Source of the DNA: an uncultured Poribacteria bacterium
GTDB lineage: Bacteria > Poribacteria > WGA-4E > WGA-3G
Assembly (NCBI GenBank): GCA_958296135.2
Contig: CATQHZ020000001.1
Coordinates: forward strand, 224,001 to 288,000
DNA length: 64,000 nt
Direction of reading: 5' to 3'
Shown: positions 20,619-31,189 of the stretch, piece by piece
Layout of the letters: each line of letters starts with the position of its first letter
How positions within the stretch are numbered: position 1 is the stretch's first letter
Notes under the pieces: generated by a model
Databases searched by the model: none
Told to the model about the DNA's origin: nothing
The model's input: only the letters and a program-made list of their open reading frames with translations
Translations under genes and position numbers: made by a program

Positions 20619-21368
20619 ATGAAATTTGAGGGAAGAATCGCGTTGGTAACCGGCGCGAGCCGCGGCATCGGCAAAGCAACCGCGCTGAAACTGGCCAGCG
20701 AAGGCGCAAACGTCGCCGTGCATTACATGAACTCTTCGGACAAAGCCGCGGCGGTATGCGAACAAATTCGGGCCCTTGGCCGGAACGCAATCCCAATTCA
20801 GGCGGATATCGCCGAACGAGCCGCTGTCAACCGAATGGTAACGCAGGTTACCGAAGAACTCGGAACAATTGAGTTGCTCGTCAACAACGCCGGTGATGTC
20901 GGAGCCGTAGCATTTGCGGCACTCACACCGGCACACTGGGATAGGATTGTCGCCGTGAACTTGACAGGCCCGTTTAACGTGCTGTGGGCTGTGAAGCCGG
21001 GGATGATTGCGCAGCGGTTTGGACGCATCGTCAACGTTGCGTCCATCGCCGCGTTGGCGGTGCGCCCAACTCAGATGCCTTATGCAGCGGCGAAAGCCGG
21101 GGTTATCTCACTGACGAAGTCGTGTTGCGGGCCGCTTGCACCGCACAACATCCGAGTCAATTCGGTGGCACCTGGCGCCATCGCCACGGATATGCTCGGT
21201 GAAGTCACGCCGGAATTCGCTGAACAACTTCGGGCCACTACGCCCCTCGGCCGGCTCGGGGAACCGGAAGAGATGGCGAATGTCATCGCGTTTTTGCTGA
21301 GCGAGGAATCGAGTTATATGACTGGCGCGACGGTGATTGCTAGCGGGGGACGAATTCTCATTCCGTAA
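20619..21368 (+). CDS. SDR family oxidoreductase (FabG-like)
   Basis: TGASRGIG, NNAG, Y.AAK, NSVAPG. Confidence 0.93.
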   Translation: MKFEGRIALVTGASRGIGKATALKLASEGANVAVHYMNSSDKAAAVCEQIRALGRNAIPIQADIAERAAVNRMVTQVTEELGTIELLVNNAGDVGAVAFAALTPAHWDRIVAVNLTGPFNVLWAVKPGMIAQRFGRIVNVASIAALAVRPTQMPYAAAKAGVISLTKSCCGPLAPHNIRVNSVAPGAIATDMLGEVTPEFAEQLRATTPLGRLGEPEEMANVIAFLLSEESSYMTGATVIASGGRILIP

Positions 21369-21403
21369 ACGGGCAGAAACCAGAGAAATATGCCCTTACA
21401 GCG

Positions 21404-24065
21404 TTACACTTCATACACCTTCAGCACCTCATCGCCGTAATGGTTAATCACCTTCACGGCGATTTTGCCACCTGCAGGACGCGCAAACGGCAGACTCGCT
21501 GTCCGATACAGACTTGCCCACGCAGATGCGTCAATATCGTCACCCAACGTCTGCTGCAGTTTCTTGTAGGGCTCATCCGTGCCCGTGAAATAAGCGTGAC
21601 GCACGAAGAACGCCTCCTCGTCGTAGTTCGTGTCGATGAACCAACAGGCGATTGCGCCCGGGTTATCGGAACGCACCAAGCCTTGCCGCGCATCAAACAC
21701 ATCTACGCCGAGCAGTGTCACGACAAGCGTGTCGTCAGGCTGACGGTGAATCTTGATATCGGGTTCGCCGAAGTTCATGAAGAGGTTGCCCGCGCCGGTG
21801 TTTTTGAGTTCGCCTATCATTAATTCAGGACTCATCTTGATAGGGAGGATGGGGAGGCTGCCCATGCGTGTTCGCGCATCCGCCGTGTAACCTTCAAAGG
21901 TGAAACCGAGGACAATCAGTAGATCGAACTTGGAAAGGCACCGCGCGGCTTCTTTGACAGCAGCACCCATCCACTGCCGGCCGACTGTCTCATACTGCGG
22001 CCCGATGCTAATTGCGACGCGCTGTGAGTCGCCATTTTCATCGGTGTACGCACCCTCGGCGTGGAGATATTCGCCGGGGAAGGACGATATCCAGTCGAAC
22101 GTGAGGCGGTGTTGCACGCCGGCTGTTTTCAGATGTTCCAAGATGTGCGTGTGAAAGTTTTGGGACGCATCGGGCCCGGCGGGCTCTCCGACTGTATCTT
22201 GCACGCGGTGCGGCGATAAACTCTCAACGGTAAACGGACCCGTCACGCGCGTCCGCTTCCGCACTTCACGCGGCTGATCGTGGAGGATTTCGTTAGTCGC
22301 GCGACGTGCAGTGGAGGCATCCATCTCCGCCTGCCGCTCGCGCATGAGGGAAAGCCACTGCTGGTGCAACCGCTGCGTCTCCACGCTCCACGAAGGCTCT
22401 GTTTCTTGAGGGATGTCCCATTCTTCCCACTTTCGCCCCCCCCCAACTTACGTTAAGTTTTTTACGAATCTCGTCTAACCTCGGCGCATACGCGGCATGG
22501 ATGTCGTCAATCTCAAGGTTGTTCGCCATATCCGAGAGGCTGATATAGGGCGCGGTTTTGTAGACAAATCCCTGCTTGATGTCCGCTGCATCCTGCAACT
22601 GATAATAGGGATACACAGCAGACATGAGTCGGGTGCGCGCCAAGGCGAGCGCAACACGGGAGGTATCTATCGTTATCCATCGTCTGCCCCACTGTTCAGC
22701 AACGTAAGCGGTGGTGCCGCTGCCGCACGTCGGATCGAGGACGAGCTCGCCCGGGTCGCTTGTCATCAGCATACATCGTTGGATGACTTTCGGCTGAGTT
22801 TCAACGACGTAGGTTTTCCCCGAGCGTCCGCCGGCGGTATCTGTCCAAAGGTTGGTAATCGCGCGGCCGGGAGAGTCAGTGGCGTATCGAATATAGCGCA
22901 AAGATGTCCCTGGCGCAAAAAGTCTGCCTTGCTTTGCGAGTCTGTCTAATCCTTCGCGACTTGTTGCCCAACCTCTATCGCTTGTCGGCGTGAAAGGTTT
23001 GCCTTCAAACTCATATACGTAAGTGGCACTGCCTCCCGTCTGAGAGGTGACTGAATAATCGACAAATCGTCGACTGCCTTCAGGCAGGAGAGCTGGATTT
23101 TCTTTTTCAAGGTTTGTCATCCGACGGTGTGTTCCATCCGGCAGTTTGACCCGCGTATAAGATTCAAGGAGCGGGTCTGGTTGACGTTCGTCCCATTTGA
23201 TGTGGAGTGGCCGATACTTCATTCGTCCCCGGTCTTTGGCATACCAGAGGAGATAGTCAAATACCGACGAGATGGAGGTGGTAGAAGAAGTCATCTCCCC
23301 GCGAGTCCATGCAATTGTAGAGACGAAGTTGGCACTGCCGAAAACCTCGTCTAACAGCGACCGGACGAGGTGGACGTTCTCATCGCTGATTTGGACGAAG
23401 ATGCTGCCGCTGTCGGTGAGCAGCTCGCTGGCGACGGTGAGCCGGTCGCGCAGGTACGCCAAGTAGGAGTGAATGCCGAGCTCCCACGTATCGCGGAACG
23501 CGCGAATCTGTTCCGGTTGGAGCGTCACGTCTTCCGTTTTCGTATCACCGACGTTCGGTTTGCGCGTGCTGACTTGCCAGTTGCTCCCGAATTTGATGCC
23601 GTAGGGCGGATCGAAGTATATCGTCTGCACTTGGCTTTTGAGCCCCTCTTTCTCAGCGAGGGAATTCATGACGAGGAGGGAATCGCCCAGGATAAAGCGG
23701 TTGTGCCAGTTCTGTTCGTGCTGATAGAACTCGACCCGGGCCTCCAGTGCAAGGGTACTGAATTCTTCAAAGAGCAGTTCGGTCTGGCTGTTTTCCTCTG
23801 TCGCCTTTTTGCGAAGTGTTTGGATGATGGCTTCGGATTGGATGTGTTCCTGTGCGTAAATCGGCACGGCGTGAACGCCGAGGGCATCGCTATTCTGTTC
23901 GTCTTTGCCTTTCCAGACGAGCTGCGGATCCAGCGCGATATCGCGCGGGTAGCGGGTGGTGTCGGGTTGCGTTTCCGCGTCTGCCGCCAGCCCGCTGAGT
24001 TCCTGGGTAGGGATGTTGGTGCGTTTATGGGGGTGTTGATAATGGTCTGTCGATTTTTTTGGCAT
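21404..24065 (-). pseudogene. mod: Type III RM Mod-like DNA methyltransferase, frameshifted at a G9 tract (22436-22444)
   Basis: DPPYG and DPTCGSGTT motifs in the 5' ORF; C-terminal GPFTVESLSP...IAVKVINHYGDEVLKV in the 3' ORF; removing one G joins them (..SWGGRKWEEWDIPQ..). Confidence 0.85.
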
Positions 24066-24144
24066 CGTATGTCTCCTATCAACGGTGAAGGTGCCGTGCG
24101 GCGCGAAGTTAGGCGCGCCGCACGGCACTGACGCGTCTTGCGGC

Positions 24145-24480
24145 TTATTGCGACTCGTTCTCATTCTGCTGCGCCTTCTGGTTTTCCAGTTCGGCGATGC
24201 GCTCAACTAGCCGCTCGCTTGCTTTATCGCGTGCTTCAAGTTCAGCGATGCGCGATGTCTTTTCTGCATCACGTGCTTCGAGTTCGATGATGCGCTCGAT
24301 TAACCGTTCGCGTTCTCTGATTCTGAACAACACTTTTTGAGTCCCCCAGTGTATGAGTGCGGCGAGTAAAGTGCGAGTAGCGGGCCGCCACTGCTCTCTA
24401 AGTATCGCCCACTTGCCCCGGGCTTTTCTGTTTGCTGCATCGTCTCCCCCAATGGTTTCTTTTCCGCTTTTCGTGGCCAT
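24145..24480 (-). pseudogene. Internally deleted duplicate of the 24552-25028 gene
   Basis: Near-identical DNA lacking about 139 bp that encodes the TM region. Confidence 0.7.
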
Positions 24481-24551
24481 TCCCCTGAACGGTGAAGGTG
24501 CCGTGCGGCGCGAAGTTAGGCGCGCCGCACTTTACCGATGCGTCTTTCGGC

Positions 24552-25028
24552 TTATTGCGGCTCGTTCTCCTTCTGCTGCGCCTGTTGGTTTTCCAGTTCG
24601 GCGATGCGCGATGTCTGTTCGGCAATGCGCGATGTCTGTTCGGCGATGCGCGCAGTCTTTTCTGCATCACGTGCCTCGAGTTCGGTGATGCGATGGGCTA
24701 ACTGCTCGCGCTCTCTATCGCGTGTTTCAAGTTCGATGATGCGCTCGATTAACCGTTCGCGTTCTCTGATTTTGAACAACACTTTTTGAGTCCCCCAGTG
24801 TATGAGTGCGGCGAGTAAGACGGCTGCAATAGAGACAGCTTGCGCCGCGCTGCTGTGCTTCTGCAGGGTGTCAACGAGGGTGACACTCGTCTGGGTGGTA
24901 ATGTTTTCTTGATGATGGACATAAGCCAGATACCCGATAAAGGTAAGCAGTCCGATGAGTGCGAGTAGCGGGCCGCCACTGCTCTCTAAGTATCGCCCAC
25001 TTGCCCCGGGCTTTTCTGTTTGCTGCAT
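24552..25028 (-). CDS. Small two-TM protein with C-terminal coiled coil
   Basis: GGAG RBS, two hydrophobic helices, RI.ELE/RIAEQTS heptads (21-bp tandem repeat); upstream TTGACA-17-TATCAT. Confidence 0.65.
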   Translation of the reverse strand: MQQTEKPGASGRYLESSGGPLLALIGLLTFIGYLAYVHHQENITTQTSVTLVDTLQKHSSAAQAVSIAAVLLAALIHWGTQKVLFKIRERERLIERIIELETRDREREQLAHRITELEARDAEKTARIAEQTSRIAEQTSRIAELENQQAQQKENEPQ

Positions 25029-25313
25029 CGTCTCCCCCAATGGTTTCTTTTCCGCTTTTCGTGGCCATTCCCCTGAACGGTGAAAGCGCAGCTCAACGCA
25101 TCGCGCTTGTGTCTTTAATGATACCACACATCCACCGAAATGTCAAATTGACCGGGGGGGGGACCCGGAGGTTAACACCCTCCGGCTATAGAAATCCGCC
25201 CTTACAGGTGAGCGCGATGGCCGCAGCGTTGCCGCAGGCGGGCTGCCCGGAAAAATTGTCCGATTTCATACTGAAACTTCAGGCGAGCCCGAACGACAGA
25301 AGTTCATTTGGGA

Positions 25314-26438
25314 TTACACACAAAACCTATCAACAAAACGGCTGAAAATGGTAACGCCTTTGTCAAACTGGTCCAACGCCATCCACTCATCAACGGTATG
25401 TGCTTGTAGAATGCTCCCCGGCCCGATGATGACAATTTCCATGTGCTGCGCGAAGGCGGTAGCATCCGTGCCGTAGGCGACAGTACGCGGGGCCGTCTCG
25501 CCGGTAATCTCAAGGGCGGCTTGGATAATCTCCGCATCGGGCTCGGTGCGCACCGGTGGCCCCCCGATTAACATCTCAAAATCTAACCCGTGTCGTTCGG
25601 CGGACTCGCGCGCGCGGTTCACCCACGCCTGCGTATCGTGCCCCGGCATCGGACGGTAGTTGATATTGCACACACTGCGCGGCGCAGTGATGTTCGCCGC
25701 ACACTCGCCATCGCTGAGCGTGATGTTCCAATCCGTAAAAGGCGGCGAGAATTCGGAATTGAAATACCGCGAATCCGTAGTCAATTCGTGATAAATCTCA
25801 CGCATTTCGGCGAGGAACGGAATCATCTTGAGATTGGCATTGTCGCCTTTGCCGGTGCTGCTGTGCGCGGCGTATCCGTGCGCAGTAACAGTAAAGCGGC
25901 AGACCCCTTTGTGCCCATACACGGCGTGCAGCTCCGTCGGTTCGCCGACAACGCCATAGCAGGGGAACCCATGCCGTTTGAACATCTCCGATTTTTCGAC
26001 AACCGCTGTCGCACCGAGATAGCCTACCTCTTCATCGGCGGTGATGACGACATACAACGGCGCGGTGAGTTCTGACGCTGCGTATCGGGACGCTACTTCT
26101 ATCATACAGGCGACGCTCCCTTTCATATCGCAACTACCGCGCCCATACATCTTTCCATCGATAATCCGCGCCTCAAACGGATTTTCCGACCAGGCGATAG
26201 CGGGCACCGTGTCTATATGCCCAAGCAGGGCCAGCCCGCGTTCACCTGTGTTCGTTCGTCCCTTGCGCCCAATCAGATTCACCTTCAGCACACCACCCGG
26301 GTCGGTGTAGGCCACCCGTTCCACTTCGCAACCGATAGATTCCAGCGTTTCTGTCAGGAAATCCATCACCTCAACGTTGCTCCGCGTGCTGACCGTATTG
26401 TAACTAATGAGGGTTTTCGTCAGTTCTTTTGCATCCAT
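25314..26438 (-). CDS. argE: M20 family acetylornithine deacetylase-like enzyme
   Basis: GHIDTVP, GRGSCDMKG, DEEVG, GEPT, HSS, GPG...AH..DE. Confidence 0.85.
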   Translation of the reverse strand: MDAKELTKTLISYNTVSTRSNVEVMDFLTETLESIGCEVERVAYTDPGGVLKVNLIGRKGRTNTGERGLALLGHIDTVPAIAWSENPFEARIIDGKMYGRGSCDMKGSVACMIEVASRYAASELTAPLYVVITADEEVGYLGATAVVEKSEMFKRHGFPCYGVVGEPTELHAVYGHKGVCRFTVTAHGYAAHSSTGKGDNANLKMIPFLAEMREIYHELTTDSRYFNSEFSPPFTDWNITLSDGECAANITAPRSVCNINYRPMPGHDTQAWVNRARESAERHGLDFEMLIGGPPVRTEPDAEIIQAALEITGETAPRTVAYGTDATAFAQHMEIVIIGPGSILQAHTVDEWMALDQFDKGVTIFSRFVDRFCV

Positions 26439-26687
26439 GTGATTTATTTTACAACAAGCGGCGAATTTTGTCAAGGCCCTTTCGTTTCCGGCCCAAGAAC
26501 GATTCAGTTATCCGTTTTTGACATCACCCGTGAAAATGAACAACGCGCCTCTCCCGATGCCCCAGTAGGAGAGCCCTCCCGGGCTCGATACCCCGGTAGG
26601 AGAGCCCTCCCGGTCTCGACACTCAATCCTCCTACAAAACGTAACCCAAATTTGATAAAACGCCGAAAACCATTAAAATTATATTTT

Positions 26688-26783
26688 AATTTGACATAAC
26701 GCGCGTAAATGTGGTATAATTTTGTTTAGTAATGATAATTTGACATAACGCGCGTAAATGTGGTATACTGTTTAGTAATGATT
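26688..26783 (+). promoter_or_regulatory. Tandemly duplicated sigma70 promoter (49-bp period)
   Basis: aatttgacataacgcgcgtaaatgtggtata(a/c)t...tttagtaatgat occurs twice. Confidence 0.8.
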
Positions 26784-26924
26784 AGTGATCCCATTACGGG
26801 CACTGTCAAACTGTTTTTAGTCTCGGCGTATGGCTACACTACCGCCATCGTCCCCAAAAATGATGATTGGTTCGCGGAGGACGCGCGATGCGTCCCCCGC
26901 ATCTTAACATAGGAGGTTTTTGAA

Positions 26925-27290
26925 ATGAACGAAACGCAAACTGGTGACGTTTTAGCCGGCGGCGACATGAGCGATTTGTATAAAGCTGAGCTGTTGGGCA
27001 AGACAGAAGCATCGCGATATAATCGGTTCTGGTGGTTTTTCTGGGGGGTGTTCACCGGGTTTTTCGCTATCCCGTTCGTCTACTGGGTGCGAGTCAAACC
27101 CAAGGGCCGCCATTCCAGCTATCAGGAGCTTGACAACGAGATGACGAAGCACGCCTATCTCAATGGTTACCAAGCCGAGGTGAAAAGACGCCGGCTATGG
27201 GCGAGTCTCTTGGGGAGCGTGTGTGCACTCGTTGTGATACCCGGGATGGTTCTTCTCGTGTTGCTCATTGCCGGCATGGTAGCTGGATAA
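26925..27290 (+). CDS. Small membrane protein (2 TM)
   Basis: AGGAGG RBS, two hydrophobic segments. Confidence 0.7.
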   Translation: MNETQTGDVLAGGDMSDLYKAELLGKTEASRYNRFWWFFWGVFTGFFAIPFVYWVRVKPKGRHSSYQELDNEMTKHAYLNGYQAEVKRRRLWASLLGSVCALVVIPGMVLLVLLIAGMVAG

Positions 27291-27548
27291 GCGGCGCAAC
27301 TGGCTGAGAACCACTGGAGGGGGATGCGCGGATGCATCCCCCAAACTCAGCGGCATTCCGTTTTCTATGGGGTGCTTGCTGGGCAGTGACGAACGCTTCT
27401 GATTCATTTCGTATCACGCAATTTTTAAAATTGTGTGAGAATAGGCGCGGTTTCAAACCGCGCCTACCGTCACGTCTCTTGCCAACTGCCTGCGTTGCAT
27501 CGCAAAAACAGCATACCTATGAAAGTGTTTCTGTGTCAGGCATGCTGC

Positions 27549-29906
27549 CTAAAAATTAACTTTATACAGCAACTTAACATTCCGACCCGGGGCCGGCATC
27601 ACCGATTTAATGCGCGAGAGATGCTCGTGATAGGCGCTATCCAAGAGGTTCTCAATCTCAAAGACTACCAAATGTTGCAGTTCCCACCACGGTAGACTGA
27701 GATACCCCCCTGCATCATAGATGAGATACCCGTCTGTCGGTTCTTCAAATTCACCGAGCCGCGTTTGGCCCGCGGAAAAGCGGGTTGTGAAGTGGATATC
27801 AACATCAAGCGTTTCGCGCGCGAATAACTCGCCGCGCACGCGGCATTTGCCATTGAGCGGCGGCATCCGCTCCAACGGCTGTCCACTCGCAACAATTGTG
27901 CCGTTGACATAACTTATATCTAGCTGCGCATGAAGGCGAGGTAGCACTTCGGCCTCAAGGCGCATTTCCACGCCATCCATGATAACATCGTGTCCCATGT
28001 ATTGATAAATCCACAGCCATCCTGCTGCGCCGCTGCCCCATTCTTTCTCGCCGGTGTTCATCGGGATGAGATACCCTTGAATCTGGTTTCGGAAAAGCGC
28101 GAGGTTCAGTTTCAGTCTGTCGGCGGCATACCGCGCGAACACTTCGCTGCCGTAACCGTGCTCCGCTTCAAGCACCGCATTGCCGATTTCATAAGAATAG
28201 ACTGCGAGATGTGGGCCATCGGAGAAGAGCTCCTCTATGCCGGGCGCGCGAAACGTCTTCATTAACGTCACGCCGGTGCTGAACCTGTCATGCCAATGGT
28301 AAATCCCGGAAGCCGCGCCGGATCCCCCGTGAAAATCGCGCCGTTTCACAAGTCCCGCACGGATGACTGTGCCGGGCCGGAACGGCTCCGCGCGCCTGAT
28401 GTCGTAACGGATAGCACCTTGCAAGGTAAACCGGGCGAAGTTTCGTTGGTTCAGATAGAAGCCGGCGAGCGCGAATTCGCGGGTGTGCGGTGTCCAATAA
28501 AACCCGCCGGTAGCGTGGTCCCGATATTCTCCCCACACGCCCGCGATAGCACTGTCTAGCATGTAAGCCATCACCGAAACGTTATAGGTAAGCACGCCGA
28601 ATTCCACGCCGAGGTTGCCATTGGATTCCAACTCTTGATGCTGATAACGGGTGTAGGCAGTCTGGAGTTTTATCTTCTTAATCCACGCAGGCGAAGAGAG
28701 ACGTTTCACAGCCTCGGCACCCTCACCCGCTGAAGGGGCAGTGCCAAAATTGTATGCTAATTGCCCTTCATACCGCTGCCGGTTCAACGCGATGTTCACA
28801 CCGCTGAGATGCCCTTCAGGCGAACCGGGGATGCCGTAAGCTGAACGGTAACTGCCGCCCGAGATGCCAGCATATCCCCACGGCTTAACGAACGATGCCC
28901 CTGTCGAGAAATTGAGATTGGAGAGGGACGTGTTCTCCAACGTGCCGAGGGGGGTTTGTGTATCCGCCGCAATCCGTCGGTTCCACGCTAATGCCCCGAC
29001 AAAATCGCCGAGCGGCACAACGAAACCGGTGTTGGCAGTTTTCCCAGAATTGACAGATTCTCCTTGGAAGGTGAGGCGGATATCGGCGCGTTTCGGCACA
29101 ACATCAGGAATGCTGTTGTGTTTGACATTGACAACGCCGCCGAGGGTGCTAGAGCCGTAGATGAGAGAGGCAGGACCGCGCGTAATCTCAACGCGCGCGG
29201 CAGAAACCGGGTCAAATGCGACGGCGTGGTCTGCGCTAGAAGCCGATTTGTCGCCGGTGCGTGCACCGTTTTCAAGGATGAGCAGCCTATCGCCGCCCAA
29301 TCCGCGGATGACCGGGCGCGCGACGGCACGTCCCATCGTCCGTTGCGCGATGCCGACTTCGTCTGCCAGCGTATCCGCCAAGGTCATCCCTAGTTGTCTC
29401 TGGAGAGATACCTCACTCAACTCCAGATCAGTTGTCTTCTCAAACTGCGAAGTATCACCGCGTGAACCGGAAACCTGCACCCTCTCCAACTGAAAAGGGG
29501 CTCGCTTTAACGCAATCTGGATTTCAGGCGTAGCCTCACCGACATCAACTCCCTGCTCAAACTCCTGATAGTCATGCAGTGCGAACTGGAGCGTCTGTTG
29601 TCCTTCTGGAACGTCGCCAAGTTGGAATCTGCCACCCGCGTTGGTGTGTGTCGTCATTGGCGGGCTGCGCCTGCCGTTCCTGACGCTAACGGTAACCCCG
29701 GCGAGAGGTTCGCGGCTCCGTTCGTCAAGCACCTGCCCGTGAAGCGTCCACGTTTTCACCTCACTGCCTTGGGCGTTCCTGAGGTAGCAGAGCAGACACA
29801 CTATCCCCAAGCCGAGCAAAAATCGCCGCCAATGGGACCAAGCGCAAGTGCAGAAGGAGGCGCGCCGGCAAGGCACGCCTCCCGAAAACGGAAAATGATT
29901 TCGCAT
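27549..29906 (-). CDS. TonB-dependent receptor, ZnuD-like metal uptake, with N-terminal carboxypeptidase-regulatory-like domain
   Basis: RPVIRGLGGDR, S.DHA plug, RGPASLIYGS, R.P..EELFS.GPH.A, NLLD..Y.EHLS, terminal F. Confidence 0.9.
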   Translation of the reverse strand: MRNHFPFSGGVPCRRASFCTCAWSHWRRFLLGLGIVCLLCYLRNAQGSEVKTWTLHGQVLDERSREPLAGVTVSVRNGRRSPPMTTHTNAGGRFQLGDVPEGQQTLQFALHDYQEFEQGVDVGEATPEIQIALKRAPFQLERVQVSGSRGDTSQFEKTTDLELSEVSLQRQLGMTLADTLADEVGIAQRTMGRAVARPVIRGLGGDRLLILENGARTGDKSASSADHAVAFDPVSAARVEITRGPASLIYGSSTLGGVVNVKHNSIPDVVPKRADIRLTFQGESVNSGKTANTGFVVPLGDFVGALAWNRRIAADTQTPLGTLENTSLSNLNFSTGASFVKPWGYAGISGGSYRSAYGIPGSPEGHLSGVNIALNRQRYEGQLAYNFGTAPSAGEGAEAVKRLSSPAWIKKIKLQTAYTRYQHQELESNGNLGVEFGVLTYNVSVMAYMLDSAIAGVWGEYRDHATGGFYWTPHTREFALAGFYLNQRNFARFTLQGAIRYDIRRAEPFRPGTVIRAGLVKRRDFHGGSGAASGIYHWHDRFSTGVTLMKTFRAPGIEELFSDGPHLAVYSYEIGNAVLEAEHGYGSEVFARYAADRLKLNLALFRNQIQGYLIPMNTGEKEWGSGAAGWLWIYQYMGHDVIMDGVEMRLEAEVLPRLHAQLDISYVNGTIVASGQPLERMPPLNGKCRVRGELFARETLDVDIHFTTRFSAGQTRLGEFEEPTDGYLIYDAGGYLSLPWWELQHLVVFEIENLLDSAYHEHLSRIKSVMPAPGRNVKLLYKVNF

Positions 29907-29918
29907 GCGGAGTTCTCC

Positions 29919-30515
29919 CTATTCCACCGTTATCGGAATCGGGAGTGCGGCGGTGAAATCGGCGTGAGCACCATGAAAAAGTTGAAGTGTGATGTGCGTC
30001 GTGCCGGCTTTCACCCCAACGACTTCAAAAGTCCACCCTTCACCTTCCTCATGCGCGTCCGCCTCGGGCTCACCGTGCGCGTCCTCTTCATGTGCTACCT
30101 CATGAAGATGGACCTCGGCGATGGCGGTATCGTAGCCGGTTAAACCCAAGACGAACATCTCTTCCTCGGCGTGTTCATGGCTGTCGGCTTCCTCTTCCTC
30201 AGCCGGTGCCGGTGTGAATACCGCGCCATCGGGATTGAGAAATTCGACATGCACCTCAATCTCCTCGCCAACTCCGACGGTGATGCCGCCGGTATGAGCA
30301 CCTTGGAACTGCCGGTAGACTGCCACGCCATCCACCTCTAGGACAAAACCGTCGGCATCGGCGTGATAAGGTGCCTGTTCTTCGTCTTCAGATGTGTCAA
30401 TAATAGGGTTATCCTCTTCGCCGCAACCGCCGAAAAACAGTGCAGCGGCAAAAGCGACGAGTGTCAGTGCAACAAATGCGACAGAAGTGTCGCGGCTCAA
30501 AAATTTCGTAAACAT
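29919..30515 (-). CDS. His/Glu-rich lipoprotein, putative metal-binding partner of the TBDR
   Basis: Lipobox FGGC, HEHAEEE/HEEDAH tracts, H..HADF motif. Confidence 0.8.
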   Translation of the reverse strand: MFTKFLSRDTSVAFVALTLVAFAAALFFGGCGEEDNPIIDTSEDEEQAPYHADADGFVLEVDGVAVYRQFQGAHTGGITVGVGEEIEVHVEFLNPDGAVFTPAPAEEEEADSHEHAEEEMFVLGLTGYDTAIAEVHLHEVAHEEDAHGEPEADAHEEGEGWTFEVVGVKAGTTHITLQLFHGAHADFTAALPIPITVE

Positions 30516-30732
30516 CGTATCCTCCAAAATGACGTTGATGCGTTTCTCCGGTAGGCGCGGTTGCAAACCACACCTACGGAAGTGCTAAAGGCGCGCAAAG
30601 ACAAGCGGCAACGTTACGTCTATCGCCGTTCCGGTGTTTTAGGCCCATTCAGGGCGGCATGTTAAAGGCGCGCCGAAAAGCCGGACATGCGCAAAAAAAG
30701 GATTTTCCGCGCAAAACAGAAATGAATATGCG

Positions 30733-31029
30733 TTAGGAGGAGACGGGGGGCGCGCGAATGAGCGTGTTCTGCGGAAGTCTCAAAGGAAGGATGACTACCT
30801 CATAACGCCGCGGGGGAGCGAAGGAAATGGCAGGAGAAACGAGCGCGAAGGTTTGGATTTCAACGCCGACGGCATGCGCGTTGTAAAAGCAAGCCGAGCA
30901 CCTACTTTCCGAATGGAATGGCGCGTCAACGCTATAGATATGCGCTAGCGCGGTAAGACTGAGCACCACGACATACCCACAGATGCCTAATAAGATGAGC
31001 AGGCGAGTCAAAATTTTATCGTTTTTCAC
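30733..31029 (-). CDS. DUF2946/CruR-like leader peptide (signal anchor, CxxC, C-terminal RAPP)
   Basis: Hydrophobic N-terminus, H...CSAC, Pro-rich linker, ends in IRAPPVSS; lies upstream of the TBDR operon. Confidence 0.75.
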   Translation of the reverse strand: MKNDKILTRLLILLGICGYVVVLSLTALAHIYSVDAPFHSESRCSACFYNAHAVGVEIQTFALVSPAISFAPPRRYEVVILPLRLPQNTLIRAPPVSS

Positions 31030-31189
31030 AATTCCAAGAATCCTCTTCGCGCAACCCGAGATGATTGGTAGTCAACTTGCAAAATATTATACCACACTTT
31101 TGCGTTAATGTCAAGAAAATTTTTGCGGTTGACATTCGTTTGCGTTTTCGTTTATACTTAAACTTAAATAACATAGATGGAGAACCTGA

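Noticed and set aside
24080-24530. Integron attC cassette array
   Set aside because: The hairpins lack RYYYAAC/GTTRRRY core sites and there is no integrase; tandem duplication explains them.
31030-31110. Zur/Fur operator upstream of the metal-uptake operon
   Set aside because: Only a weak partial palindrome; it cannot be supported.
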